From Aliihoeflea sp. (GTDB taxonomy: Bacteria; Pseudomonadota; Alphaproteobacteria; Rhizobiales; Rhizobiaceae), in assembly GCA_046297455.1 (NCBI GenBank), contig JBKBIT010000011.1:33913-97912 (forward strand): a stretch of 64,000 nucleotides of DNA. Direction: 5' to 3'. The position numbers and the translations under genes were made by a program. The notes beneath the pieces are model-generated. The model saw nothing but the letters and a program-made list of their open reading frames with translations, made no database searches and was not told the origin of the DNA. Below, piece after piece: positions 1-10,221 of this stretch; position 1 is the stretch's first letter, and every line of letters starts with the position of its first letter.

Positions 1-1418
1 TCTATTGCCGCGCGTTTCAGGCTCAATTCGGCCACGAAAGGCACATTCACAAGCAAGTCGGCCAACGAGATGCCCCCGATCTTCGGGATCGCGGCGAGCA
101 TGGTGTCGATGTCGCCCTCCTCTTGCGCCCGCTCGAAATTCATCAGCGCGCCAAGCGACGGGAACAGGAAGTTGCTGATCGTAAAGTCGCCTAGCTTGGC
201 CTCCACCTCACCGCTGCCGTCACTCGCCTCAAAGCCGCGATAGAAGATGCTCTCGATACCGTCGGCTGACAGCCCGGAGACGCCAACTGATGCGAGCGAA
301 CCGTTGAAGTCTTCCGAAGACCCCTCAACATCCCTCAGTTCCAGCAACCCCAACCGGAACATGCCATAGAATGCGGCTACCAGTTCGATGACTTCTTCGG
401 GATCGGGATCCTCACCGGTATCCACCGCCCTGATGTAGAGATCGTCAAGCCGAGCCAGGAACGGAATGGTCGGGCGCCTCAGTCCCAATTCCTCCATCCG
501 TAGGTCGCCAACCGAGAAGTCGGCGCCTTCGGCGGTCAATCCCCAGTCATACATGGAAACCATGCCGGCAACGGTTTCATAGGGCTCGTCGCCCGTGCCC
601 GGCTCAAGCGTCGGATCGAACAGGCGGATCATGTCGCCGTAATTGTAGGTCTCGGCCTTGAAACCACCGATGTCCATAAGGAAATCGGTGGCGTCGGATT
701 CTCCCTCCGACGTGAACGCCTCAACTGCTATCTCACCGACTTCCATGTTCGACATATTGCCGCGCACGGTCTGACCGATGCGTCCCGCTCCGTAGGTCAC
801 CACCGTGGAAACGTCGGGCTCGGATGTCTCGGAGACTATCTCCAGGGCTCCGAATTCGGCCGCGTCGAAACTGACATCGACCAAAGCCGCAACCAGCGGA
901 TAGAAGCGCGACACCGGGCGGAGTGGATCGTCCTCGATCTCGGGCAGTCGGGCCCAGCGCGCATTCGTGACAGACAGGCCATCATAAGCCCCTGTGCTGG
1001 TGGTCGACCCTTCGGTCGCGTTCTCAACGGTAAACTCGATATCGAGCGTGTCTGCACGGATCGCACTTGCCGTATAGTAGTCGCCGTCGATGCTCAGACC
1101 GTCAAAGACCAATGCCGGAAAACTGAACGAGTAGCTGAAATCGACTGTCTCGGCCGTTGCGGAGTCGCCCGTATCCGTGGACATGCCAGGCAAATCGTAG
1201 CCGGCCACGACGATCGTGAGGCCATTGATCGTTGTGATGCCACTGGCTGCATCATGTTCAACGCCATCATGGCTGATCGTGACCCATTCATAGGCCTCAG
1301 TTTGCGCGATCCACCCCTCGACGATACTGACCGGGTCTGCCCAGGCCGATTGTCCTGAACCAAGCATGGCAACGGCGACGCCGGTGACCACAAAAGACTG
1401 TCTGCACATCCCCAACAT
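1..1418 (-). CDS. Large acidic secreted/periplasmic hypothetical protein (partial; 3' end runs off the window)
   Basis: Manual minus-strand translation is open from ATG at 1418 (GAGGG upstream; alternative ATG 1409) to the window edge: MLGMCRQSFVVTGVAVAMLGSGQSAWA-DPVSIVEGWIAQ...AELSLKRAAI. Has a Sec-type signal peptide and is D/E-rich. Absent from the ORF track because there is no stop in the window. Confidence 0.8.
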   Translation of the reverse strand, partial: MLGMCRQSFVVTGVAVAMLGSGQSAWADPVSIVEGWIAQTEAYEWVTISHDGVEHDAASGITTINGLTIVVAGYDLPGMSTDTGDSATAETVDFSYSFSFPALVFDGLSIDGDYYTASAIRADTLDIEFTVENATEGSTTSTGAYDGLSVTNARWARLPEIEDDPLRPVSRFYPLVAALVDVSFDAAEFGALEIVSETSEPDVSTVVTYGAGRIGQTVRGNMSNMEVGEIAVEAFTSEGESDATDFLMDIGGFKAETYNYGDMIRLFDPTLEPGTGDEPYETVAGMVSMYDWGLTAEGADFSVGDLRMEELGLRRPTIPFLARLDDLYIRAVDTGEDPDPEEVIELVAAFYGMFRLGLLELRDVEGSSEDFNGSLASVGVSGLSADGIESIFYRGFEASDGSGEVEAKLGDFTISNFLFPSLGALMNFERAQEEGDIDTMLAAIPKIGGISLADLLVNVPFVAELSLKRAAI

Positions 1419-1527
1419 GACGCCCTCGCGACCAGAAAAAAGCCGGCGGGATTTAGCGCAGCAAAAAAACGGTTTGGCAAACACAAATTACGTGGCGGAA
1501 TGGAGCCAACCGCTCCATTGGCGACCG

Positions 1528-2355
1528 CTAGTTGCAATCGTTTCGCGGCTCGAATGTTTCCAGCTCGACGAGTTGGCCGGCGATCGCGAAATCTCCGTAG
1601 TCCATCACCAGGTCATGGCTGATGCCGCCTTCATGGAGCTTGAATTCGATGCGGTAGGTCGGCATGCCCTCGCCCGATCCGTCTCCGTTTTGCAAGTCGA
1701 AATAGGCAATATTGACGGGCCAGAACCGCGGTTCGCCAAGTTGGGCCAGCAGGTCGTGCTCGCCGTCGCTTTCAGGCAGCGTTCCCTGCCGCCCGACCAC
1801 AACCGTGGTTGTCATTACCTTGCTGCCGGCCTCGGACCCGTCGAAGAGTGTGGTCTCGTAGAAGGTTCGCCCCTCGCCGATATGGCCCAGCAGATCCTTG
1901 AGATGCTGCGTTGGAAACAGGCTCGGCCCCAGTTGATGCTCCATCGGCTCCGGCTTTTCCACCGCGACATGCGTGCCGCCATCTTCGGGTGTCGCGCTGC
2001 CACGCGTTTCGCGGTCGAGATTGCCGTCGATATATGAGCGCATCGCAAAATCGAAGGACTCCCCGCCCGGACCTTCATAGGTGGTCGACTGTTCGTCGAT
2101 CAGGCGCGAGAAATCCTCGGTATCGAACTGGGTGACAAAGCGGAAATTCACCGTGTAGCCGTCGCAGGGCGAACCGTCGAAATCATACACCATCCGCCCG
2201 CTGATCGCGGTAATACCTGCGCGGTCGGTACGTTCATGAAGGCTGAGGTCGTAGACTGCACGGTGCGGGATAAGCTCGGCCGCCGCAACGCTGGTCGCCA
2301 TACCCAGGGCGAGGACCGGCGTGGCTAGGGCAAGATGAAGGGCCGTGCTGCGCAT
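1528..2355 (-). CDS. eipB: Cell envelope integrity protein EipB (DUF1849)
   Basis: Signal peptide then LIPHRAVYDLSL...GRMVYDFDGSPCDGYTVNFRFVT; C-terminal Cys; ATG at 2355 with GGAG RBS; divergent from ridA-like gene as in Rhizobiales. Confidence 0.85.
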   Translation of the reverse strand: MRSTALHLALATPVLALGMATSVAAAELIPHRAVYDLSLHERTDRAGITAISGRMVYDFDGSPCDGYTVNFRFVTQFDTEDFSRLIDEQSTTYEGPGGESFDFAMRSYIDGNLDRETRGSATPEDGGTHVAVEKPEPMEHQLGPSLFPTQHLKDLLGHIGEGRTFYETTLFDGSEAGSKVMTTTVVVGRQGTLPESDGEHDLLAQLGEPRFWPVNIAYFDLQNGDGSGEGMPTYRIEFKLHEGGISHDLVMDYGDFAIAGQLVELETFEPRNDCN

Positions 2356-2477
2356 CGTTTGTTCTCCGAGGAATTGGCTGGACCGGTGTCCACACAAGGC
2401 GAATTTCGTGGCACAAGCACGGCGGGATTCGCAACCGGCACCGATCAAATAGGTGCCGGGGCCGAAAATAGGAAGAG

Positions 2478-2948
2478 ATGATGACACGGACGATCGAACA
2501 GCGCCTCCACGATCTGGGTGTGGAATTGCCAGAAGTGGCGAAGCCCGCAGCCAACTACCTGCCATTCGCTTCCAGCGGAAACCTTGTGCTAACAGCCGGG
2601 CAACTCCCGCTCAAGGACGGCAAGCTTGTCGCCACGGGGCTTCTCGGTCGCGACCTCGATACGGAGGCGGGCAAGCTGGCGGCTCGGCAGTGCGCGATCA
2701 ACATATTGGCTGCCGTGAAGGCCGCGCTCGGCGATCTGGAACGCGTTGCAGGCCTGGTGAAGATCACCGTCTTCGTCGCCTCCGAACCCGGCTTCGCCGA
2801 ACAGCATCTTGTGGCCAACGGTGCGTCCGATTTCCTCGCCGAGGTACTGGGCGAACGCGGCCTTCACGCCCGTTCGGCGGTCGGCGTCGCCATGCTGCCG
2901 CTGAATGCCCCGGTCGAGATCGAGGCAATCGTCGAAACCCGCGCTTGA
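2478..2948 (+). CDS. RidA/YjgF/UK114 family protein
   Basis: PAANY...AGQLP...HARSAVGVAMLPLNAPVEIE motifs. Confidence 0.9.
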   Translation: MMTRTIEQRLHDLGVELPEVAKPAANYLPFASSGNLVLTAGQLPLKDGKLVATGLLGRDLDTEAGKLAARQCAINILAAVKAALGDLERVAGLVKITVFVASEPGFAEQHLVANGASDFLAEVLGERGLHARSAVGVAMLPLNAPVEIEAIVETRA

Positions 2949-2958
2949 GTGGATCATC

Positions 2959-3669
2959 ATGACGGATCTTTCCTGGTTGACCGCACGCCCAATCGCCCAT
3001 CGCGGCTTTCACGACCTCAACAAGTCTCGTTGGGAAAACACGCTGTCCGCCTTTGAGGCGGCAGCCACCCGCGGCTATGCGATCGAGTGTGACGTCCATC
3101 TTTCGGCGGACGGGGTGCCGATTGTTTTTCACGACCGAGAGCTGGACCGGCTTTGCGGTCGCCCGGGCCTTTTGTCCGACCTCAGCGCCGCTGCGATCGC
3201 CGGCCTGAAGGTGGGCGGAACGGAAGACCATGTTCCCACACTGCGCGAAATGCTGAATCTTGTTGGCGGCCGGGTTCCGCTCGTCATCGAATTGAAGAGC
3301 AGCGAAGGCAAAGACGATGGGCTGGTCGCCGCGGTTGCCAAAGAACTGCAAGGATATGACGGCAAGGTCGCCATCATGTCCTTCGAGCACCGTTTCATCC
3401 GCCTGTTCGGCAAGCAGGCTCCTGGACTGGCCTGCGGGCTGACGGCCCATGGACGCACGCCGGCCGATCTCGAAGCACATTTTTCAATGCTGGCGCATGG
3501 CATCGATTTCGTGTCGTTCCACGTCGCCGACCTGCCCAATCGCTTCGTCGAGACGATCAGGGAAAAGCTCGCCATGCCCGTTATCACCTGGACCGTGCGT
3601 GACGAGTGGGCGGTCGACCTGACCAGCCAGCACGCCGATCAGATGACGTTCGAGGGGTTCGAACCTTAG
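2959..3669 (+). CDS. Glycerophosphodiester phosphodiesterase family protein
   Basis: IAHRG...ENTLSAF...IECDVHLSADG...VFHD motifs; start re-assigned to ATG 2959. Confidence 0.9.
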   Translation: MTDLSWLTARPIAHRGFHDLNKSRWENTLSAFEAAATRGYAIECDVHLSADGVPIVFHDRELDRLCGRPGLLSDLSAAAIAGLKVGGTEDHVPTLREMLNLVGGRVPLVIELKSSEGKDDGLVAAVAKELQGYDGKVAIMSFEHRFIRLFGKQAPGLACGLTAHGRTPADLEAHFSMLAHGIDFVSFHVADLPNRFVETIREKLAMPVITWTVRDEWAVDLTSQHADQMTFEGFEP

Positions 3670-3679
3670 GAACCGGTCG

Positions 3680-4390
3680 CTATTCTGCCGCTGGGCGCCG
3701 GTCGCGTTCGGCCTTCCGCAGTGCTTCGGCTGCAAGTCTCTGGGTGGTCTCGTTGTACTCGGGCGACACCAGCCCGGCAGAAATCACCAGCTTGGCCCCC
3801 TCTTCCACCGACATGGTCAGTTCGATGATGTCGGCCTTGGGGACGAAAAGCAGGAAGCCGGAGGTCGGGTTGGGGGTTGTGGGCAGGAAGACCGCTACGG
3901 TCTGCCCGGCATGGTCACCGACCTTGGCCTGAACCTCGCCGCCGGCCTCCGTTGCCATGAACACGATGGCATACAGGCCCTTGCGCGGATACTCTATGAG
4001 CCCGACCTTCTTGAAGGTGTTGGACTTGTCCGAAAGGACGGTCTCGATGATCTGCTTCAGCCCGTTATAGATTGACCGGACCAGCGGCATTCGGCCCAGA
4101 ATGTGCTCGCCCGTCGACAGAATCTTGCGGCCGATGATGTTCGCCGTCAGAAACCCGACGAGCGTGATCAGAGCCAAGCCGACGATCAGTCCGACACCTG
4201 GCACCCGGAAGGGCACATAAGCGTCCGGGTTGAAGGTCGACGGGATGAAAGGCACGATCCAGGAATCCACCCAGCCCACGAAGGCCCAGATGAGCCAGAT
4301 CGTGATTGCCAGAGGCGCGCACACGATGAAGCCGGTCAGGAAATAGTTCCTGAGGCGATGCATCAGAGAATGGCGTGGCGTGTCTGTCAT
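3680..4390 (-). CDS. DUF502 domain membrane protein
   Basis: LRNYFLTG, IEYPRKG, VFLPTTPNPTSGFL motifs. Confidence 0.9.
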   Translation of the reverse strand: MTDTPRHSLMHRLRNYFLTGFIVCAPLAITIWLIWAFVGWVDSWIVPFIPSTFNPDAYVPFRVPGVGLIVGLALITLVGFLTANIIGRKILSTGEHILGRMPLVRSIYNGLKQIIETVLSDKSNTFKKVGLIEYPRKGLYAIVFMATEAGGEVQAKVGDHAGQTVAVFLPTTPNPTSGFLLFVPKADIIELTMSVEEGAKLVISAGLVSPEYNETTQRLAAEALRKAERDRRPAAE

Positions 4391-4475
4391 GAAGAACGAT
4401 CTGAAGGCCCCGAATACCCATATCTAGGATAATTCGGGATGGGATTGAATAGCAGACTGCCCGGTGCTCTCGCGC

Positions 4476-6299
4476 CTATTCGACGGTCACCGATTTGGCC
4501 AGATTGCGCGGCTGGTCGACATCCGTGCCCATCAGAACCGCCGTATGATAGGCGAGCATCTGGATGGGCAGCGCATGGACAATCGGTGACGCGATCTCTG
4601 GCACGTTGGGCAGCACAATGGTTTCCATCGTGTCCACGCTGGAAGCCGCCGCCCCCTTCTCGTCGGTGATCAGGATGATGCGCCCACCACGGGCCGCAAC
4701 TTCCTGCATGTTCGAAACGGTCTTCTCGAAAATTCTGTCATGCGGCGCGATGACCACCACCGGCATGGTCTCGTCGATGAGTGCGATCGGTCCGTGTTTC
4801 AGTTCGCCCGCAGCATAACCCTCGGCATGGATGTAGGAGATTTCCTTCAGCTTGAGCGCCCCTTCAAGCGCCAGCGGATAGTTGGTATCCCGTCCGAGAT
4901 AAAGGACGTGGCGCACCTGCGAGAGTTCGCGTGCCACACGCTCGATCTGATCGTGCAGCTTGAGCGCCTGGTTGATGAACTTGGGGACTTCGGCCAGCGC
5001 CCGCACGAGCTTCTTCTGCTCTTCGTCCGATGCATGGCCGCGCTGGACGGCGGCCATCACAGCCAGCGAGGCAAGGACCGAAAGCTGGCAGGTAAAGGCC
5101 TTTGTCGAAGCAACGCCGATTTCCGGCCCGGCAAGCGTCGGCAGGATGGCATCGGATTCGCGCGCCATGGTCGATTCGCGGACATTGACCACCGAAGCGA
5201 TCGGCATGCCGACCGCCCGGCAGTAGCGCAGCGAGGCCAGCGTGTCGGCAGTCTCGCCAGATTGCGAGATGAAGATCGCCGCATCATTCGCCGACAGGGG
5301 AATCTCGCGATAGCGGAATTCAGACGCCACATCGATGTCGACCGGCAGCCGTGCCAGCCGCTCGAACCAGTATTTGCCGATCATGCCGGCCAGATAGGCC
5401 GTGCCGCAGGCCGAGATCGCCAACCTGCCGATCTTGGCGAAATCGAACGGCAGGTGGAGCGGCTTGACCTTGCCGGTCGTGAAATCGAGGTAGTTGGCGA
5501 GCGTATGGGAGATCACTTCCGGCTGTTCGTGGATCTCCTTCTCCATGAAGTGGCGGTAATTGCCCTTGTCGACCAGGAAGCTGGTTCCGATCGACTGCTG
5601 CCGCTTGCGCTGCACAGGCTGGCCGCTCATGTCGAAGATCTGCATGCCGTCGCGGCGCACCACCGCCCAGTCGCCGTCCTCGAGATAGGTGATCGAATCG
5701 GTAAAGGGCGCGAGCGCGATCGCGTCGGATCCCAAGAACATCTCGCCCGTGCCGTGCCCAACCGCCAGAGGCGGGCCATGTCGGGCACCAACGATCAGGT
5801 TTTCCTCGCCCCCGAACATGATCGCGAGCGCAAATGCGCCTTCGAGCCTCTTGAGCGCGGCAAAGGCGGCATCCGTCGGCGCAGCGCCCCGGCTGAGTTC
5901 ACGCGACACCAGATGTGCAACCACTTCCGTGTCGGTCTGCGAGACGAACTGGTAGCCATCCGATGCCAGTTCCTCGCGCAGTTCCGCGAAGTTCTCGATG
6001 ATCCCGTTATGGACGACGGCAACCTCGGCCGAGAAATGGGGATGTGCGTTGGTCTCGTTCGGTACGCCGTGGGTTGCCCAGCGCGTGTGGCCGATGCCGG
6101 TCGTGCCGTCCAGCGGCTGCGCGCCGATCAGCCTCTCCAGATTTACAAGCTTGCCTTCCGCGCGCCGACGCGCAAGTTGGCCGTTTTCGATGGTGGCAAC
6201 GCCGGCGGAATCATAGCCGCGATATTCGAGCCGCTTCAGCGCGTCGACGATGAGCGGCGCGACCGGTTGGCTGCCGACAATACCAACGATACCACACAT
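4476..6299 (-). CDS. glmS: Glutamine--fructose-6-phosphate transaminase
   Basis: MCGIVG N-terminus, LEYRGYDSAG, GHTRWATHG, C-terminal PRNLAKSVTVE. Confidence 0.98.
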   Translation of the reverse strand: MCGIVGIVGSQPVAPLIVDALKRLEYRGYDSAGVATIENGQLARRRAEGKLVNLERLIGAQPLDGTTGIGHTRWATHGVPNETNAHPHFSAEVAVVHNGIIENFAELREELASDGYQFVSQTDTEVVAHLVSRELSRGAAPTDAAFAALKRLEGAFALAIMFGGEENLIVGARHGPPLAVGHGTGEMFLGSDAIALAPFTDSITYLEDGDWAVVRRDGMQIFDMSGQPVQRKRQQSIGTSFLVDKGNYRHFMEKEIHEQPEVISHTLANYLDFTTGKVKPLHLPFDFAKIGRLAISACGTAYLAGMIGKYWFERLARLPVDIDVASEFRYREIPLSANDAAIFISQSGETADTLASLRYCRAVGMPIASVVNVRESTMARESDAILPTLAGPEIGVASTKAFTCQLSVLASLAVMAAVQRGHASDEEQKKLVRALAEVPKFINQALKLHDQIERVARELSQVRHVLYLGRDTNYPLALEGALKLKEISYIHAEGYAAGELKHGPIALIDETMPVVVIAPHDRIFEKTVSNMQEVAARGGRIILITDEKGAAASSVDTMETIVLPNVPEIASPIVHALPIQMLAYHTAVLMGTDVDQPRNLAKSVTVE

Positions 6300-6479
6300 T
6301 CAGGCTTCTCCCTCACGAGGGGCAGCTAAGGCCCCAAATCACCCTCGATCGGCCATTACGCATAAGCGGCGATCCGGCGAAGTAAATCTTGGTTTCGTTG
6401 TGTGACTTAGCGACATGCGCACACGGCACAAGCATAGCGAATGGCTGTGACCAATTTCTTGTCGAATATGGCAAGAGTT

Positions 6480-7826
6480 TTACGAAATCGCTTTCTTCAG
6501 CGCGCGCAGCCGTGCCGCCCTGCCTTCCTTGACCACTTGGCGCGCCCGCCCGAAGGCAAGCGAGTCGTCGGGCACGTCTCCGGTAATGACGCTGCCCGAG
6601 GCGACATAGGCGCCGACGCCGATGGAGACCGGCGCCACCAGCGACGAATTCGAACCGATGAATGCGCCGGCGCCAATATCGGTGTGATGTTTGTTGGAGC
6701 CGTCATAGTTGCAGGTGATCGTTCCCGCCCCGATATTCGCCCCTGCCCCGATGCGGGCATCGCCGACATAGGTCAGGTGGTTGACCTTGGCACCCTCTTC
6801 GACTGCCGCGTTCTTGACCTCGCAGAAATTGCCGACCTTGGCCTTCGTTCCGATATCGGCTCCGGGCCTGAGCCGCGCAAAGGGGCCGATCTCGGCACCT
6901 GAAGCTACGGCCGCTCCTTCCAGATGTGAAAAGGCGCGGATGCGCGCGCCGCCTTCCACCACGACGCCAGGCCCGAATACCACATTGGGTTCGATGAGCG
7001 CGTCTGGCCCGATCTCGGTATCGTGGCTGAGATGGACCGTCTCCGGCGCCAGCATGGTCACGCCCGAGACCATCAGCGCCTGGCGCCGGCGCCGCTGCCA
7101 GATGCCTTCCGCCTCGGCGAGTTCAGCCCGGCTGTTGATGCCGAGCGCGCTGTCTGCGCTGGTCTCGGACGCCATCGCCCTCAGCCCCTTACGATTGGCG
7201 ATTTCGACGATGTCGGTAAGATAGAATTCGCCCTTGGCGTTGTCGTTTCCAACCGCCTCCAGAAGGTCGAGCGCATGGCGACCGTCGATTGCCATCAAGC
7301 CGCTGTTACAGAAATCGATCGCCAGTTCTTCAGCCGAGCAGTCCTTGGCCTCGCGTATCGCCACCAGCCGGCCATCCCTTTCGATCAAGCGCCCATAGGC
7401 GCCGGGCACATCCGGCCGGAAGCCAAGCACCACCACGGCGGCCCCCTCTTCCTGCATCCGCGCGCGCGCCGCCACCAGTTCCGCCGGGTCGAGCAGCGGC
7501 GTGTCGCCGAAGACAACCAGCACGTCGTCGTGGCCCTGCGCCAGCGCCTCTCGCGCAGCCAAAACGGCATGGGCGGTGCCCAGTCGCTCGGACTGGATGA
7601 AGAAGCGCGCGCCCGGCGCAAAGCCGGCGGCAGCCTCGCGAACCTTTTCAGCACCATGACCGACCACGATCGCCACGTCACCGCCGCCGGCAGCCTCGAC
7701 CGCCCGCACCACATGGGCGAGCATCGGCAACCCCGCGATCGGGTGCAGCACCTTTGGCAATGCGCTCTTCATGCGGGTGCCCTCACCGGCGGCGAGCACG
7801 ATGGACAGGCAGCTTCTTTTGCTCAT
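6480..7826 (-). CDS. glmU: Bifunctional UDP-GlcNAc pyrophosphorylase/glucosamine-1-P N-acetyltransferase
   Basis: [16 protein letters not shown], hexapeptide repeats, [11 protein letters not shown]; upstream of glmS. Confidence 0.97.
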   Translation of the reverse strand: MSKRSCLSIVLAAGEGTRMKSALPKVLHPIAGLPMLAHVVRAVEAAGGGDVAIVVGHGAEKVREAAAGFAPGARFFIQSERLGTAHAVLAAREALAQGHDDVLVVFGDTPLLDPAELVAARARMQEEGAAVVVLGFRPDVPGAYGRLIERDGRLVAIREAKDCSAEELAIDFCNSGLMAIDGRHALDLLEAVGNDNAKGEFYLTDIVEIANRKGLRAMASETSADSALGINSRAELAEAEGIWQRRRRQALMVSGVTMLAPETVHLSHDTEIGPDALIEPNVVFGPGVVVEGGARIRAFSHLEGAAVASGAEIGPFARLRPGADIGTKAKVGNFCEVKNAAVEEGAKVNHLTYVGDARIGAGANIGAGTITCNYDGSNKHHTDIGAGAFIGSNSSLVAPVSIGVGAYVASGSVITGDVPDDSLAFGRARQVVKEGRAARLRALKKAIS

Positions 7827-7924
7827 GTCTGATGGTCCGGAAAATGCGGGTTGATCGGGTGGGGCCGACTCTTTACCACGGTCGTCCAGTCGATCAAATT
7901 GGCTGCCATCAAAGGAATACCGGA

Positions 7925-8878
7925 TTGCCTCCGCCTGCTCCCGGCCGTCATCGACTGGCCCTTCTGGTCATGATCGTGACGCCGCTCTTCTTCTCCACCA
8001 ACCTCATCTTCGGGCGTGGCGTGGTCGACGAGATCGCGCCCTTCACCCTTGCCCTGATCCGCTGGGCCGCTGTGGCGCTGGCGCTGTCGCCTTTCATTCT
8101 GATGGAATGGCAAACCGTACGCGCGCTTGTCACCAGCAATTGGCGACGATTGTTGCTTCTCGCCTTTCTCGGCATGTGGATCTGCGGCGCCATCGTCTAT
8201 CTGGCGCTGGGCTGGACCAGTGCCACCAACGGCACGCTCATCTACACGACCTCTCCGGTCATCATCATCGTTCTCGAAGCCATCTTCTTCGGGCGCCGCA
8301 TCGGCTGGCGCGAGGCGACAGGCGCGCTCATCGCCTTCTTCGGCGTTGCGACCATCGTGCTACGGGGGGATCCCGGCGCAATCCTGACGCTCGATTTCAA
8401 CCTCGGCGACCTTCTGTTCGTCGGCGCCGCAGTCTCCTGGGCCGTCTATTCGATACTCTACCGCTCCGGTCCCTTGCGGCAGATCTCCAACATGACGCTG
8501 TTCGCGATAGTCGCCGCGGGTGGGGCTTTGCTGCTGCTGCCAGTTGCTGCCGTCGAATGGGCGATGGGGGCAACCCTGCCGACCACAGCGTCCGCCTGGG
8601 GAGGCATTGGCGGCATCATCGTCTTTGCCTCGCTGCTGGCGTTTTCCGGCTTTCAGTTCGGCGTGCGCGAATTGGGTGCTCCGCTGGCCAGCGTCTTCAT
8701 GTACCTGCTGCCGCCTTACGGGGTTGGCCTGGCAGTCGCCTTTCTCGGCGAAAGTCTCCAAGCCTTTCATGTCGCCGGCATCGCATTCGTGATGGCTGGT
8801 ATCGTGCTCGCCACGCTACCGGCAGGCATTGCCAGAAAAGCGAATGTCACCGACAAGAATGCTTCACATGCGAAATAA
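7925..8878 (+). CDS. DMT/EamA family transporter
   Basis: About 10 hydrophobic segments in two EamA-like halves; start (TTG 7925 after AAGGA) uncertain. Confidence 0.8.
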   Translation: MPPPAPGRHRLALLVMIVTPLFFSTNLIFGRGVVDEIAPFTLALIRWAAVALALSPFILMEWQTVRALVTSNWRRLLLLAFLGMWICGAIVYLALGWTSATNGTLIYTTSPVIIIVLEAIFFGRRIGWREATGALIAFFGVATIVLRGDPGAILTLDFNLGDLLFVGAAVSWAVYSILYRSGPLRQISNMTLFAIVAAGGALLLLPVAAVEWAMGATLPTTASAWGGIGGIIVFASLLAFSGFQFGVRELGAPLASVFMYLLPPYGVGLAVAFLGESLQAFHVAGIAFVMAGIVLATLPAGIARKANVTDKNASHAK

Positions 8879-9096
8879 ATATGCCGGACATCCCTTAACG
8901 CGTGAAGTAATTATAGGCTTTATACTAGCTTGCGCTTTGTTGATCCTGCTGCTTATTCTCCCGCAGCGCGCCGCGTCGACCAAGTTTGGGGAACCTGCCG
9001 CGTGAAGAGGGCCGCCGGCCGTCGCCGCCATGGAAGAGGTGAAAAGCACCCGCCTTGGTTTGCTCGGCCGGCACTAGCGTTACGGGAGGAGAAGTC

Positions 9097-10137
9097 ATGA
9101 AACGCGCACTTATGTCCGGTGCCGCCGTCGCGGCACTGGCCGCTGGAATTGTGTCCACGCCAGCAGTGGCGAACGAAACATGGAACCTGCAATCGACCTA
9201 TCCGGGCTCACTGACACAGCTCGGTACGCTTGGTATCAGGATTGCCGAACAGATCACCAAGATTACCGACGGCGAGATTCGCGTGGTGTTCCAGGAGCCG
9301 GGCGCGATCGTACCAGCGCTCGAAGTGTTCGACGCGGTCGGCACAGGCGCCGTGGAAGCCGGCTGGTCGACCCCGGGGTACTGGGCTGGACGTGTGCCGG
9401 CGCTACAGCTTCTGGCAGCAGTGCCCTTCGGCCCGCAGGCTGGCGAGTATCTTGCCTGGGTGAAGTTCGGCGGTGGACGGGAACTCCTTGAGGAGTTGTG
9501 GGAACCGCACAACGTCATGTCGATCCACTGCGCCATCATCGCGCCCGAAGCCGCAGGCTGGTTCCGCCAGCCGATCGAGAAGGTAGAGGACTTCCAGGGC
9601 CTGACGATGCGTTTCTTCGGCCTCGGTGCAAAGGTGATGGAGAAGATGGGCGTTTCGACCCAGCTTCTTGCCGGTGGCGACATCTTCCCTGCACTTGAGC
9701 TTGGCACCATCGACGGCGCCGAATTCTCGATGCCGGCGATCGACCTCAATCTCGGCTTCTACCAGGTGGCAAAACACTATTATTTCCCGGGCTGGCACCA
9801 GCAATCGACCCTGTTTGATCTGATGATCAACCTGGATCTCTGGGAAAGCCTGGATGAATCGACCCAATTCAAGATCCGCACAGTCTGCGATGCCAATATC
9901 GCGTACGGCCTGGCCGAAGGTGAGGCGCTCCAGTATGCGGCACTGGCCGAATTGGAAGAACGAGGCGTGACGATCCACACCTTCTCGGACGAAATCCTCG
10001 AGGCGCTGGAAGCGGCCTGGAAGGAAGTCGCCGAGGAGCAGTCGGCAGCCGATGCGGACTTCGCTCGTGTATTCGAGAGTTATTCGACCTTCCGCGAGAA
10101 CTATCGCCGCTGGGGTGAGCTTGGCTATCTCCGCTAA
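9097..10137 (+). CDS. TRAP transporter substrate-binding protein (DctP/TakP-like)
   Basis: Signal peptide; EVFDAVGTGAVE, GYWAG, GGDIFPALELGTIDGAEF, YYFPGWHQ; GGAGGA RBS. Confidence 0.92.
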   Translation: MKRALMSGAAVAALAAGIVSTPAVANETWNLQSTYPGSLTQLGTLGIRIAEQITKITDGEIRVVFQEPGAIVPALEVFDAVGTGAVEAGWSTPGYWAGRVPALQLLAAVPFGPQAGEYLAWVKFGGGRELLEELWEPHNVMSIHCAIIAPEAAGWFRQPIEKVEDFQGLTMRFFGLGAKVMEKMGVSTQLLAGGDIFPALELGTIDGAEFSMPAIDLNLGFYQVAKHYYFPGWHQQSTLFDLMINLDLWESLDESTQFKIRTVCDANIAYGLAEGEALQYAALAELEERGVTIHTFSDEILEALEAAWKEVAEEQSAADADFARVFESYSTFRENYRRWGELGYLR

Positions 10138-10221
10138 GTCCTTGTCCCTTTCAATGTGATCCGATCGGGGCCGCGCGCGGACAGTTCCACGCGCGGCCTG
10201 CCGCAACAAGTGGAGTCGCTA

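Noticed and set aside
4740-6329. Long antisense or alternate-frame ORFs (e.g. 4740-6329, 30314-32314, 61563-63164, 18278-19693)
   Set aside because: Shadow ORFs expected from high-GC codon bias opposite well-supported genes; no recognisable motifs.
6300-6479. Possible glmS ribozyme in the glmU-glmS spacer
   Set aside because: The conserved ribozyme core is not evident, and that element is typical of Gram-positive bacteria.
8879-9096. Possible riboswitch in the long leader of the TRAP operon
   Set aside because: I recognise no known aptamer consensus; an Rfam/Infernal scan would be needed.
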